A DNA stretch of 64,000 nt from Bacteroidales bacterium (lineage in GTDB: Bacteria; Bacteroidota; Bacteroidia; Bacteroidales; FEN-979), in NCBI GenBank assembly GCA_963662525.1, contig OY759717.1:915436-979435 (forward strand), in the 5' to 3' direction. This document shows positions 52,144-61,681 of the stretch, in pieces; positions within the stretch are counted from its first letter, which is position 1; every line of letters starts with the position of its first letter. Both the position numbers and the translations under genes were made by a program. The notes beneath the pieces are model-generated. The model ran no database searches. It was not told where the DNA came from and worked only from the letters and a program-made list of their open reading frames with translations.

Positions 52144-55100
52144 ATGACATCGTCGAGCTTTCACGTTAACCCTTTTCCTGGCATACGAAGCTATGAGATT
52201 GAAGAAGATGAATTGTTTTTTGGCAGGGAATTACAGGTAAAGGAATTGATTGACAAATTATCCATAACCCGTTTTCTGGCAATTGTCGGGTCTTCAGGTT
52301 GTGGAAAATCTTCCCTTATCAAAGCCGGTTTGATTCCGTCATTGCTAAAAAACAAGTCGGAAAGAATACAGAACAAATGGCGTCTTTCGATTTTCAAACC
52401 CGGAGATGATCCCCTGAAAAACCTTGCCCATTCTCTGGCTGACGGCTCACATCCGGCTGAACCCATTGCCGATATGCTAAAATCCGGGCCGGATGGCCTG
52501 ATTAAAATATTAAAACAGCAAAATAACGGGGTATCACATCTGATCATCATTGACCAGTTTGAAGAACTTTTCCGGTTTAAGAAAACCCGTGCCAGCACTC
52601 AGAATTTTGCAGAAGCCTCTCAATTTGTTGACCTTTTCACCCATACCATAAAACAAAAAGAGGTTCCTGTATATGTGGTGCTGTCGATGCGCACCGACTT
52701 TCTCGATGATTGTACGGAATACCGGGATCTCAGTGAAATCATCAACCAGGGGTATTATCTGGTCCCCCGCATGAAATCAGAAGAACGGAGAATGGCTATC
52801 ACAGGTCCCATTCAGGTAAAAGGAGGATCGATAAGTGAAGATCTTGTGGAACGTTTACTGGATGAAGTTGGAGACGATCCTGATCAGTTACCGATTCTGC
52901 AGCATGCTCTTATGCGTACCTGGGATTACTGGTCCCTGAACCGAATCGGAGAGCAGCCGATATCAATGGTCCACTATGAAGCGATCGGAACCATGAAAGA
53001 AGCGCTCTCTGTGCACCTGGAAGAAATTTACAATGAACTCAGGGATCAGTCGGGCAAATTCCTGGCTGAGAAATTATTCAAGGCACTGACAGATGTTGGG
53101 ACGGACAGCCGAGGCACCAGACGGCCGACTCAACTCCGGGAAATCTGTACGCTTGCTGATGCGAAAACTGAGGAAATGGTGAGGATCATTGACAGCTTCC
53201 GGGAACCAGGAAGGGCTTTCCTGATGCCTCCGGGGCAGGTAGAACTGGATACCGGGACAACAGTCGATATTTCTCATGAAAGCATTATGAGGGTTTGGGT
53301 AAGACTAAGGAAATGGGTCGAAGAAGAAAGCCGGTCAGCCCAATTGTACCTCAGGTTATCAAAATCCGCAGAACTCTACCAGGAAGGGAAAACAGGGCTC
53401 TGGGTCAACCCGGAACTCCAGCTTGCCTTACAATGGAAGGAGCAGAATAAACCCAATGCCACCTGGGCCATGCGTTATGATCCGGCCTTCGACAGGGCGA
53501 TGACCTTCCTGGATTACAGCAAGAAACAACACGATCTGGAAATTTCACGAAAAGAAAATCAACAAAAAAGAAACCTTAAACGGGCCCGGAATTTCGCCGT
53601 CATCCTGGGTGTGGCCTCGGTCATCTCCATCCTTTTCCTGATCATCTCCCTCAATCTTCGTTTCAAGGCTGAAGCCAGCAGAAAAGAAGCGCTGGAAAAA
53701 CAGAAGCTGGCTGTGGCAGCCAGCAAACGTACTGAAGAACAACGCAAAGAAGCCATTTTACAAAAACGCATTTCCAATCAGCAGCAGGAAATTGCAGAGC
53801 AGCAAAAGCTGATTACGGAACAGCAACGCCAATATGCGGTGAAACAGCAGGAGATTGCCCAACAGCAAACCAAGGTGGCCATTACCGAAAGACAAAAAGC
53901 AGATGTTGCTACCGGAGAAGCGTTGGAAGCCAGAGATGAAGCTCAGGTTCAACGGCAGGAGGCCGTCACCCAAAAACAGATTGCCGACAATGAAAGGGTA
54001 AAAGCAGAAGAATCTGAAAAAAACACTCAGCGACTCAGGTTGCTTTCTGTTGCACGAACGATGGCTATCCAGGCGATACAGTTTTCAGGCACACTGAAAG
54101 ACGATCTGCCTGCATTACTTGCCCTTCAAGCATATCAATTCAACCTGGAAAATCAGGGAAGGGTCAATGATCCGGATATCTATGCAGCTCTTTCTGTTAT
54201 CCTGAATGATCAAACGATCCTGCGCGAACATGAGGATGGCGTCCGTGCCATCGCACTTTCAAAAGATGGAAAAATCCTGGTCTCCTGTGGGGACGATGGT
54301 AATATTTTTCAATGGCAGACAGGAAATCCGGCCGCAGAACCGATATCCCTTAAACTTCCAAAATCAAATCATGAAAATTTCCGTTCAGTTATTATCACTA
54401 CGGATCAGAAATACATTGTTGCCGGAACTTTCAGCGGAAAACTGTTCATCTGGAATTATACCAATTCCCAGGCAATACCAATCATTGTCCAGGCACATAC
54501 TGCCGCTATTAATGATCTTACCTCCAACCCTTCCAAGAAACAATTTGCCAGTTGCGGTTCCGATGGGAAGATATTCCTCTGGAATTATGAAAATGATAAA
54601 TTCTATAAAAACCTGATCGACTCTGTGAAAACAAAAGTCAATGCCATTGCCATTGACCCCGGGGGGAAATTTCTGGTTTCCGGAAGTTCAGATGGTAAAT
54701 TGAACCTTTTTGACCTGCAATTAAAAAACAGAAACATTCAAAACATATATTCCTCGGCTGATCCAGTTTTGTCGATTGCCCTTAGTAATGATGGGAAATT
54801 ACTGGCAGCGGGATTTTCAAGCGGGTCTGTCCGGATCTGGAATACGGCTGACTTCTCCGGATCGCTCATGGAAATGATCGGCCGGCATTCCAGCGGTGTA
54901 ACTGCCCTGGCATTCAACGGGAATGGGAACTACCTTGCCTCATCCGGCTATGACCGTACGATAAAAATAAGCAACATTCAATCACGGGAAGGCAAGCCTG
55001 TTTCTATTGAAAAACATGATCTCTGGGTTTATGACATTACTTTTTCCCCCGACGACAAGTACCTGTTTTCCTGCAGTGCCGATAAAACTATACGGATTTT

Positions 55101-55230
55101 TTCGACCGAATGTTCAGGTATGACAGTAAAACTGAGTAAGACAATCAAACGGAATATGACGCCTGAAGAATGGAATAAATATATCGGATCAGATATTCCT
55201 TATGAAAGGACCAGGCCGGATCTTCCTTAA
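52144..55230 (+). CDS. STAND-type P-loop NTPase - TM helix - Gln-rich coiled coil - WD40 propeller protein
   Basis: FFGRE...AIVGSSGCGKSSL Walker A, LIIIDQFEELF Walker B, TM helix FAVILGVASVISILFLIISL, a QQQEIAEQQ coil, and about 7 WD repeats (e.g. SCGDDGNIFQW, SGYDRTIKI). Confidence 0.8.
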   Translation: MTSSSFHVNPFPGIRSYEIEEDELFFGRELQVKELIDKLSITRFLAIVGSSGCGKSSLIKAGLIPSLLKNKSERIQNKWRLSIFKPGDDPLKNLAHSLADGSHPAEPIADMLKSGPDGLIKILKQQNNGVSHLIIIDQFEELFRFKKTRASTQNFAEASQFVDLFTHTIKQKEVPVYVVLSMRTDFLDDCTEYRDLSEIINQGYYLVPRMKSEERRMAITGPIQVKGGSISEDLVERLLDEVGDDPDQLPILQHALMRTWDYWSLNRIGEQPISMVHYEAIGTMKEALSVHLEEIYNELRDQSGKFLAEKLFKALTDVGTDSRGTRRPTQLREICTLADAKTEEMVRIIDSFREPGRAFLMPPGQVELDTGTTVDISHESIMRVWVRLRKWVEEESRSAQLYLRLSKSAELYQEGKTGLWVNPELQLALQWKEQNKPNATWAMRYDPAFDRAMTFLDYSKKQHDLEISRKENQQKRNLKRARNFAVILGVASVISILFLIISLNLRFKAEASRKEALEKQKLAVAASKRTEEQRKEAILQKRISNQQQEIAEQQKLITEQQRQYAVKQQEIAQQQTKVAITERQKADVATGEALEARDEAQVQRQEAVTQKQIADNERVKAEESEKNTQRLRLLSVARTMAIQAIQFSGTLKDDLPALLALQAYQFNLENQGRVNDPDIYAALSVILNDQTILREHEDGVRAIALSKDGKILVSCGDDGNIFQWQTGNPAAEPISLKLPKSNHENFRSVIITTDQKYIVAGTFSGKLFIWNYTNSQAIPIIVQAHTAAINDLTSNPSKKQFASCGSDGKIFLWNYENDKFYKNLIDSVKTKVNAIAIDPGGKFLVSGSSDGKLNLFDLQLKNRNIQNIYSSADPVLSIALSNDGKLLAAGFSSGSVRIWNTADFSGSLMEMIGRHSSGVTALAFNGNGNYLASSGYDRTIKISNIQSREGKPVSIEKHDLWVYDITFSPDDKYLFSCSADKTIRIFSTECSGMTVKLSKTIKRNMTPEEWNKYIGSDIPYERTRPDLP

Positions 55231-55267
55231 TTAATTATGTTCATGGCAAAATTGAACAGATAAAAAA

Positions 55268-57874
55268 ATGGTTATGCTTAAACGATACTTACCGCTTGTA
55301 TTTATCTCCCTCTTCGCGGGACTGAGTCTTTCGGGAATTATTTTACCATTGCAGGCCAGAGCGCAGGCATGCAGCGATGTAACCCTGAATGACTCCAGGA
55401 AGTTTTATGAAAACGGAAAGTTTAATGATGTCATCAGATCCCTTGAATCATGTATCGACAGAGGGTTCAATGAAAAACAAAAAGTGGAAGCTTACCGCTT
55501 GTTAGCCATGACCTACATTGCCCTGGATTCTATTGACCTGGCCACCATACATACCGGATTTCTGCTTCAGATCAATCCAACCTATGAAGCCAACCTCTTC
55601 GATCCTCCGGCATTTATTAAAATGGTCAATACCATGAAGCTGGCCGGTGGAACCCAGGTGGTCACATCTGTTTCAAAGAAAGCAGAATCTATTTATGAAG
55701 CTCCTGCCACCATCGTTGTTATTACCCGGGAAGACATTAAAAAACGGGGTTATAACGACCTCGTTGAATTGCTGAAAGATGTTCCCGGCTTTGACCTTAC
55801 CTTGTTCTATGGTCCTGAATATGCCAATGTTTACCAGCGGGGATTCCGTCAGAACAATACCGAAAAAACCTTATTGCTGTTTGATGGTATCGAGGAAAAT
55901 GACTTGTGGACAAACTGGGCATACATCGACAGGCAATATCCCTTGAGCAATATTGAAAGGGTGGAAATCATTTACGGACCGGCATCCACCATGTATGGTC
56001 CCAATGCCTTTGCCGGGGTCATCAACGTGATCATGCAGAATTCTGTGGATGCCATCAAACCCGGAAGGAGTATTGGTATCAGCGCCAATGCAAATATCGG
56101 AACGTATAAAACCGGAACGGTCGATCTCAGCATTTCAGGGAAAAGACGGAATATGTCATTCACGGTAACCGGGAGACTTTATCATTCCGACGAAATGGAC
56201 CTTTCCAGTCAGAAATATTTTGATTACAATCCGGATGTCTATAACAGTGTGGATTATAATAAGCTGCTCGACATTAATTCAGGTGCAAAGCAATACCTCA
56301 TCGACAACAAGCTTCCTTTCTCCAATCCCTATTACAGCCTTTCAGCCGATTCCAGCCAGCTTACCCTGACGCCATTAGGTGCCGAAACTGCTAGAAACCT
56401 CGATAAATCCGCCTATGATCAGGTTGTAAAAGGACATCTGATCGGGTTTACCAATCCTACAAACAGCTGGCTTGTCAATGCGAAAGTCAAGATCGGTGGC
56501 TTTACAGTCGGATTTCAGACCTGGAGATATAGCCGTGGTGGAACTACACAGTACACAGACACATACGTAGCCGGCTCCGACAACGGATTTAACTGGATTC
56601 CACAGCTGACTTACTTTTTTGCAAAATATGAAAATCAGATCAGTGAAAAAGTTTTCTTTTCCAACCTTACGACCTATCGTATCCATGCCGTGACCGATGA
56701 AACAAGCTTTGTTTCCGTTTCCAATTATGCTCGCGGAAATAAAAATCTCACCGACCTTGTTGCCAACAAAGCCCCCGACTGGATCACCTTGTATATGTAT
56801 GAACTTTCAAAACAGCTTCGTACAGAATTCAAGGTCATTTATCGGCCGGTATCAAGATTTGACCTGGTATCCGGTCTTGAAATAAGGAACAGTACACTTC
56901 AGGGAGCTTATTATACCAGCCTTACCCCTACCCCCCAGGATTCCGCGGTAATCCTTCCTTCTCCCAAAGGCGGGAATGAGTTTAATGTATGGGATCTCGG
57001 GGTTTATACACAGGGAACTTTCCAGGCATTCCGAAAATTAAAGATCACCCTGGGACTTCGTTACGATTTTAACCGGGTACGCGACAATGATGGCTTCGGT
57101 AACGAACTAAGTCCGCGTGTTGCCCTGGTTTATTCTCCCGGAAAATTCACCTTCAAAGCCATCTACTCCAGGGGGATCATGAATGTCTCGAACTGGACAA
57201 AATACTCCGCGGCAGGAAACCGGATTCCCAATCCCAGCCTGAAAACGGAAAACATGCAGAACTTCGAGATCAGTGCAGGATTCCGCCTGAACAAGGCATT
57301 TCATGCCGACATTACCATTTACCGCGACTACATCTACAATGTGGTCGGAACAGTAAAAGTTGACGGCAGTTCAGGCAAAGTCCAGAATCAGAATATCGGA
57401 AAATTCGAGATCACCGGAATAATGGCAAATGCCGTTTACCAGATCGAATCATTTTCCGCGTATTTCAATTACACCTTTTGCGATCCCAAACAAACTTATT
57501 CAGAAGCTGGTGATGTTGACAACCGGGTGGGAGATATTTCCAGTCACCAGTTTAACCTAGGTGCGGATAAAGTCTTTTTCAACCAGCTGGATGTGAACCT
57601 TCGGCTTAATTTCGTTGGTAACCGTCCTACAGGAGAAGGAACCACGGTTCCGCTAAATACCGATGTTTTTCCAACCACAGCCATTTTGAACGGCGCCATC
57701 AGCTATTCCAATAAAAAGATCGTCCCCGGACTTGCCCTTCAGCTGGTTTGCAATAATATTTTAGATACGAAGTATTTTGACCCGGGCACCAAAGCTGCCG
57801 ACGGCGTCAACAGTCCCACGGCAATCTTACAAAGAGGAAGGCATTTCCTTCTTAAACTATCATATGATCTCTAA
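55268..57874 (+). CDS. TonB-dependent-receptor-like outer membrane protein with N-terminal TPR-like module
   Basis: Signal peptide and plug domain (IYEAPATIVVITREDIKKRGYNDLVELLKDVPGF, VEIIYGPASTMYGPNAFAGVINV), followed by a long beta-barrel. Confidence 0.7.
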   Translation: MVMLKRYLPLVFISLFAGLSLSGIILPLQARAQACSDVTLNDSRKFYENGKFNDVIRSLESCIDRGFNEKQKVEAYRLLAMTYIALDSIDLATIHTGFLLQINPTYEANLFDPPAFIKMVNTMKLAGGTQVVTSVSKKAESIYEAPATIVVITREDIKKRGYNDLVELLKDVPGFDLTLFYGPEYANVYQRGFRQNNTEKTLLLFDGIEENDLWTNWAYIDRQYPLSNIERVEIIYGPASTMYGPNAFAGVINVIMQNSVDAIKPGRSIGISANANIGTYKTGTVDLSISGKRRNMSFTVTGRLYHSDEMDLSSQKYFDYNPDVYNSVDYNKLLDINSGAKQYLIDNKLPFSNPYYSLSADSSQLTLTPLGAETARNLDKSAYDQVVKGHLIGFTNPTNSWLVNAKVKIGGFTVGFQTWRYSRGGTTQYTDTYVAGSDNGFNWIPQLTYFFAKYENQISEKVFFSNLTTYRIHAVTDETSFVSVSNYARGNKNLTDLVANKAPDWITLYMYELSKQLRTEFKVIYRPVSRFDLVSGLEIRNSTLQGAYYTSLTPTPQDSAVILPSPKGGNEFNVWDLGVYTQGTFQAFRKLKITLGLRYDFNRVRDNDGFGNELSPRVALVYSPGKFTFKAIYSRGIMNVSNWTKYSAAGNRIPNPSLKTENMQNFEISAGFRLNKAFHADITIYRDYIYNVVGTVKVDGSSGKVQNQNIGKFEITGIMANAVYQIESFSAYFNYTFCDPKQTYSEAGDVDNRVGDISSHQFNLGADKVFFNQLDVNLRLNFVGNRPTGEGTTVPLNTDVFPTTAILNGAISYSNKKIVPGLALQLVCNNILDTKYFDPGTKAADGVNSPTAILQRGRHFLLKLSYDL

Positions 57875-57881
57875 TTGAACT

Positions 57882-58766
57882 ATGGGTATGACTACATACA
57901 GAAAAATTATCGACGATGCATCACTCTGGGGAGAATTATACGAACCCCTCAAGCCTAAAACGGATCAGGGAAAAGGGTTAAGGGTTGTTTTATTTACCAG
58001 TTGTAATTGCGGCAATACCGTAATTAAAAACCTGTCTCTTTTCGAACAAAAGTATCCCAGCTTATTGAATTTAGTCGGTGCTGCAACGGATGAACCTGTG
58101 GATCCAAAGGCCAGAATATCGCTGAAACAGCGGATTTGGAGCCAATTTACCCCGGAGCAAAGGGTGAAACTCAAGAATAAAATCATTGAATCCAGCATGG
58201 AAGCGGGTATTCCATGTTATACCGGAGCGGTAAAAACGGAGTATTTCCGGAATCTCTATAAAATCTGGAATCCGGATGTGCTGATCATGTTTTGCTTCGG
58301 ACAAAAACTGGATTCCTTTCTGTTCCAATTTCCTGCCATGGGCGCCTATAATTTTCATCCTTCCGATCTTCCCAAACAAATCGGTGCAGGAACCCAGCCC
58401 TTCCAGAATGCCATCAGGAATGGATTAAAAACCTCCCCTATGGTCATCCATCAGGTCACTGAACTGATCGATATGGGTCCCATCGTCGGGGTTTCCACCC
58501 CGATTAACATCTGCCTTGCTGATGGCAGTTATCCGAAAAACCTGATCACCTTGCTTGAAAAAACAACCAGCATCGGCGGATGGATGAGCATTCAATTGAT
58601 TGCTGAGATCAATCAATGCCTGTCAAAAGGGAAACGCACCCCATTAGACTGGATTGACTTCGAAAAAGAGTTTCCTGACAATATCAAACGATTCCTGATG
58701 TCGCCTGCTATCAATGATCCGGATGAGATGTATAAGGTCCCGCTTCATCCTTTACTGTTAAAATGA
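57882..58766 (+). CDS. Formyltransferase-fold enzyme (Fmt/PurN-like catalytic N-H-D retained)
   Basis: PDVLIMFCFGQKL...GAYNFHPSDLP...TQPFQNAI...QVTELIDMGPIVG parallels the Fmt pattern pDl.vv.ayg.il...iNvHaSLLP...lDtG. Confidence 0.5.
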   Translation: MGMTTYRKIIDDASLWGELYEPLKPKTDQGKGLRVVLFTSCNCGNTVIKNLSLFEQKYPSLLNLVGAATDEPVDPKARISLKQRIWSQFTPEQRVKLKNKIIESSMEAGIPCYTGAVKTEYFRNLYKIWNPDVLIMFCFGQKLDSFLFQFPAMGAYNFHPSDLPKQIGAGTQPFQNAIRNGLKTSPMVIHQVTELIDMGPIVGVSTPINICLADGSYPKNLITLLEKTTSIGGWMSIQLIAEINQCLSKGKRTPLDWIDFEKEFPDNIKRFLMSPAINDPDEMYKVPLHPLLLK

Positions 58767-61681
58767 ATGATGCCTTTATGAAAAAGAGAGACTGGCTGAC
58801 AAAAATATTGAATATCCGTGGTGAGGAATTCAAGCCTGTATTCCTGCTGATGCTTTTTTCATTCTTTATCGGTCTCTCTCTTTCATTCTATTTTACAGCG
58901 TCCAATGCCATTTTCCTGAAGCATTTTCCTCCCAAAATGATTCCCGTTTCCTTCATTGCCTCGGGGATTATTGTTTGTTTAGCCTGGTGGATTTTTTCCC
59001 TTATTGATAAAAAGCTGAGTTTTTTCCATCAGGTCGCCTTAAAATTTCTCTTTGTTTTCACCACAGTCCTCGCGATTAGCCTGGGAGTATGGGCATTCGA
59101 CACTCCCTGGCTGGCATTTGTCATGTACACCTGGGTAAGAGTAATGGTATATATTACCCTGGTGAATTTCTGGGGCATGGCAGGAAAGCTTTTCAATATC
59201 CGCCAGGGAAAAAGGATTTTCGGACTCATCAGCGTAGGTGAAGTTATTTCGATCATTATCGGGTATTTCTCTATTCCCCTGATCCTTCAGTTCCTGAAAG
59301 CACCTGACTTATTATTCCTGGCTTCCTTTTCTCTTTTCATCTGCCTGATCATGGTATTCCTTATTTTCAGAACTTTCGGCGACCAGCTCCAGGCGGCTAA
59401 AATACCGACAGCTCAATCCAGAACCACGGTTAAATCAGAATGGAACTACCTGAACCTGCTGAAAAAACCATATTTCCTGTTGATTTCTCTGATGGCTTTG
59501 TTGCCCATTTTCGGATATCTATTTATTGATTTCCTTTTCCTGGCCCAGACCAAAAGGGAGTTTGTGAACAACCCTGAAACCATTGCCAGTTTCTTCGGGA
59601 TTTTTCTGGGTATAGTCGCCATCGTCGAGCTGATATTCAAACTGTTTTCAGGAAGACTTCTCGATAAATATGGGCTGAAACCCAGCCTGGTTTCTTTGCC
59701 TTTTATCCTTGCTTTCAGTGTATTGCTGGCAGCGGTTTTCGGCAGCCTGTACGGCCCCACCGGACTTTTCTTTGCATTCATCGCCCTGGCCCGGTTATTT
59801 GAAAGGTCAGTGAGAGGTGCGGTATATGAACCTGCTTTCCAGTTACTCTACCAGCCTGTTCCCAACGAACAACGACTTGCCTTCCAGAATCAGATCGAAG
59901 GAATTCCCAAAGCGCTTGGAACTGTCGTTACAGGAGTAGTCATCCTGTTGCTTTCGGCTTTCTCCGCATTTAACCTGGTGCATTTTAACTATTTCTTCCT
60001 GATCATCCTGGGTATTTGGATATGGCTTGCCTTTAAAATGTATGATGAATACAGAAACCTGCTCAAGGTTAAGATCAGTGAAATCAAACATGCCATCCTG
60101 AAACCTGATGAATCGGACATGGCCATCATCAGAAAATCGTTGAACCAGGTGTCACCGGAAAAATTTCAAAGAATGGTTGAAGTGTTTGAAAAAGTGGCTC
60201 CCGCTTCTGTTGACGAGGCCATGGACAAATCTTTCCCCGATACTCCTGATGCCATCCGGCTTAAAATACAGGAGAAAAGAGAACAAAGCCAGAAGGAGAT
60301 CAGGGAAGCAGAAGATTATCCTTTCGAGTTCCTCGTTCATCTGGCTCATTCTGCAGATCCTGAAACGCGTGAACAGGCAGCAAGGTTACTGGGATATTCA
60401 GGAAGATATAACACCTATAAAATTCTTATCCAATTACTGAAAGATCCGGCGGCCAAAGTTAAAAAAGCGGCGCTGATCTCATCCGGAAGGATCAGACGAT
60501 ATGAACTCTGGCCTATCCTGATGGAACACCTGACATCTCCTGATTATGGTAATATCGCCTCCATCGCGGTTAAGATGATCGGGGCCCCGATACTAAATGA
60601 ACTCGATCATCATTTTGATAAAATCGCCGATCATAAGCTGGCCCAGATACGGATCATCAGAATCTATGAATCAGTCGGCGGGGAAAAAGCAGTTAAACTA
60701 CTGAGAAATAAAATCAGTTACCCTGATATGGATGTCCGGAACCAGGTCATGCTTTCCCTGAGCAATCTTGAATACCATGCCTCTATTTCTGAAACGCCTT
60801 TTATCCAACAGAACATCGAAGAAACCGCAGAAACAATAGTATGGATCATGGCAGCACTAATGGATATTGGCGGATCACAGGAAACGCTCATCCTCCAGAA
60901 CGCCTTGCTGCAGGAGATGGAAGAGAAAAAAGAAAACATCTTCCTGCTGCTTTCTTTGCTTTATGAAGCAAGGACGATCAGTCATATCCGCGAAACCATC
61001 GAAAGCCAGGACACCAAGGCCCGGATATATGCCCTGGAGATCTGTGATATGACTTTTTCCGATGAGATCAAAGATCTCTTCCTTCCCCTTTTTGAGGATA
61101 TTTCCATCCCGGAACGACTGCACCGTTTCCGTTATCGTTTTCCCCAAACCAGCCTCAACCTTCACGAAAGATTATACGAGATCATTAACAAGGATTTTAC
61201 AAAAATTAACCGTTGGACGAAAGCTTGCGCCATTTACCTTCTCGGTCAACAGGAAATTCAAATGGAAGATGGCACCAGTACCATGCTGGCAGCCCATATG
61301 GTAAACCCGGATCTGCTGATTGCAGAAATTGCCGGATGGATGTTGTATTGCCGGGATAAAAAATATTATTATAATACCCTGGCAAGGTTTGAAAAAAAAG
61401 AAATTCCTGGCATAAAAATGATTATAAATAAAATAAAAATTCGGGAAAAGAACCCTGGAACCCTGCTGTATGAAAAAATCCTTGGGTTGAAAGAACAAGC
61501 TTTATTTGCACCAGTTCCCGAAGTGAATCTGGTAACCCTGGCCATCAACCTCCGGGATCAGGATCATACAAGCATCCCCGATGACGTTTTGTTTGATTTT
61601 ATGACCGGCGACCTGAATTTGACCGAACGATACCTCAACCTCAGCGTTACTGAACATGTTAAAAAGAAGGACTATGTATAA
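58763..61681 (+). CDS. MFS/TLC(Npt)-like transporter fused to HEAT-repeat domain and truncated cNMP-like end
   Basis: About 12 TM helices in the first ~430 aa. These are followed by ARM/HEAT-like repeats (ETREQAARLLGYSG, AKVKKAALISSGRI, MDVRNQVMLSL). The protein ends in a YEKILGLKEQALFAPVP segment. Confidence 0.55.
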   Translation: MNDAFMKKRDWLTKILNIRGEEFKPVFLLMLFSFFIGLSLSFYFTASNAIFLKHFPPKMIPVSFIASGIIVCLAWWIFSLIDKKLSFFHQVALKFLFVFTTVLAISLGVWAFDTPWLAFVMYTWVRVMVYITLVNFWGMAGKLFNIRQGKRIFGLISVGEVISIIIGYFSIPLILQFLKAPDLLFLASFSLFICLIMVFLIFRTFGDQLQAAKIPTAQSRTTVKSEWNYLNLLKKPYFLLISLMALLPIFGYLFIDFLFLAQTKREFVNNPETIASFFGIFLGIVAIVELIFKLFSGRLLDKYGLKPSLVSLPFILAFSVLLAAVFGSLYGPTGLFFAFIALARLFERSVRGAVYEPAFQLLYQPVPNEQRLAFQNQIEGIPKALGTVVTGVVILLLSAFSAFNLVHFNYFFLIILGIWIWLAFKMYDEYRNLLKVKISEIKHAILKPDESDMAIIRKSLNQVSPEKFQRMVEVFEKVAPASVDEAMDKSFPDTPDAIRLKIQEKREQSQKEIREAEDYPFEFLVHLAHSADPETREQAARLLGYSGRYNTYKILIQLLKDPAAKVKKAALISSGRIRRYELWPILMEHLTSPDYGNIASIAVKMIGAPILNELDHHFDKIADHKLAQIRIIRIYESVGGEKAVKLLRNKISYPDMDVRNQVMLSLSNLEYHASISETPFIQQNIEETAETIVWIMAALMDIGGSQETLILQNALLQEMEEKKENIFLLLSLLYEARTISHIRETIESQDTKARIYALEICDMTFSDEIKDLFLPLFEDISIPERLHRFRYRFPQTSLNLHERLYEIINKDFTKINRWTKACAIYLLGQQEIQMEDGTSTMLAAHMVNPDLLIAEIAGWMLYCRDKKYYYNTLARFEKKEIPGIKMIINKIKIREKNPGTLLYEKILGLKEQALFAPVPEVNLVTLAINLRDQDHTSIPDDVLFDFMTGDLNLTERYLNLSVTEHVKKKDYV

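Noticed and set aside
53545-53973. Three stacked minus-strand ORFs (65-72 aa) inside the STAND protein's coiled-coil region.
   Set aside because: They are artefacts of the Gln/Glu/Lys-rich repetitive coding sequence (CAG/GAA-rich), whose antisense is open by composition.
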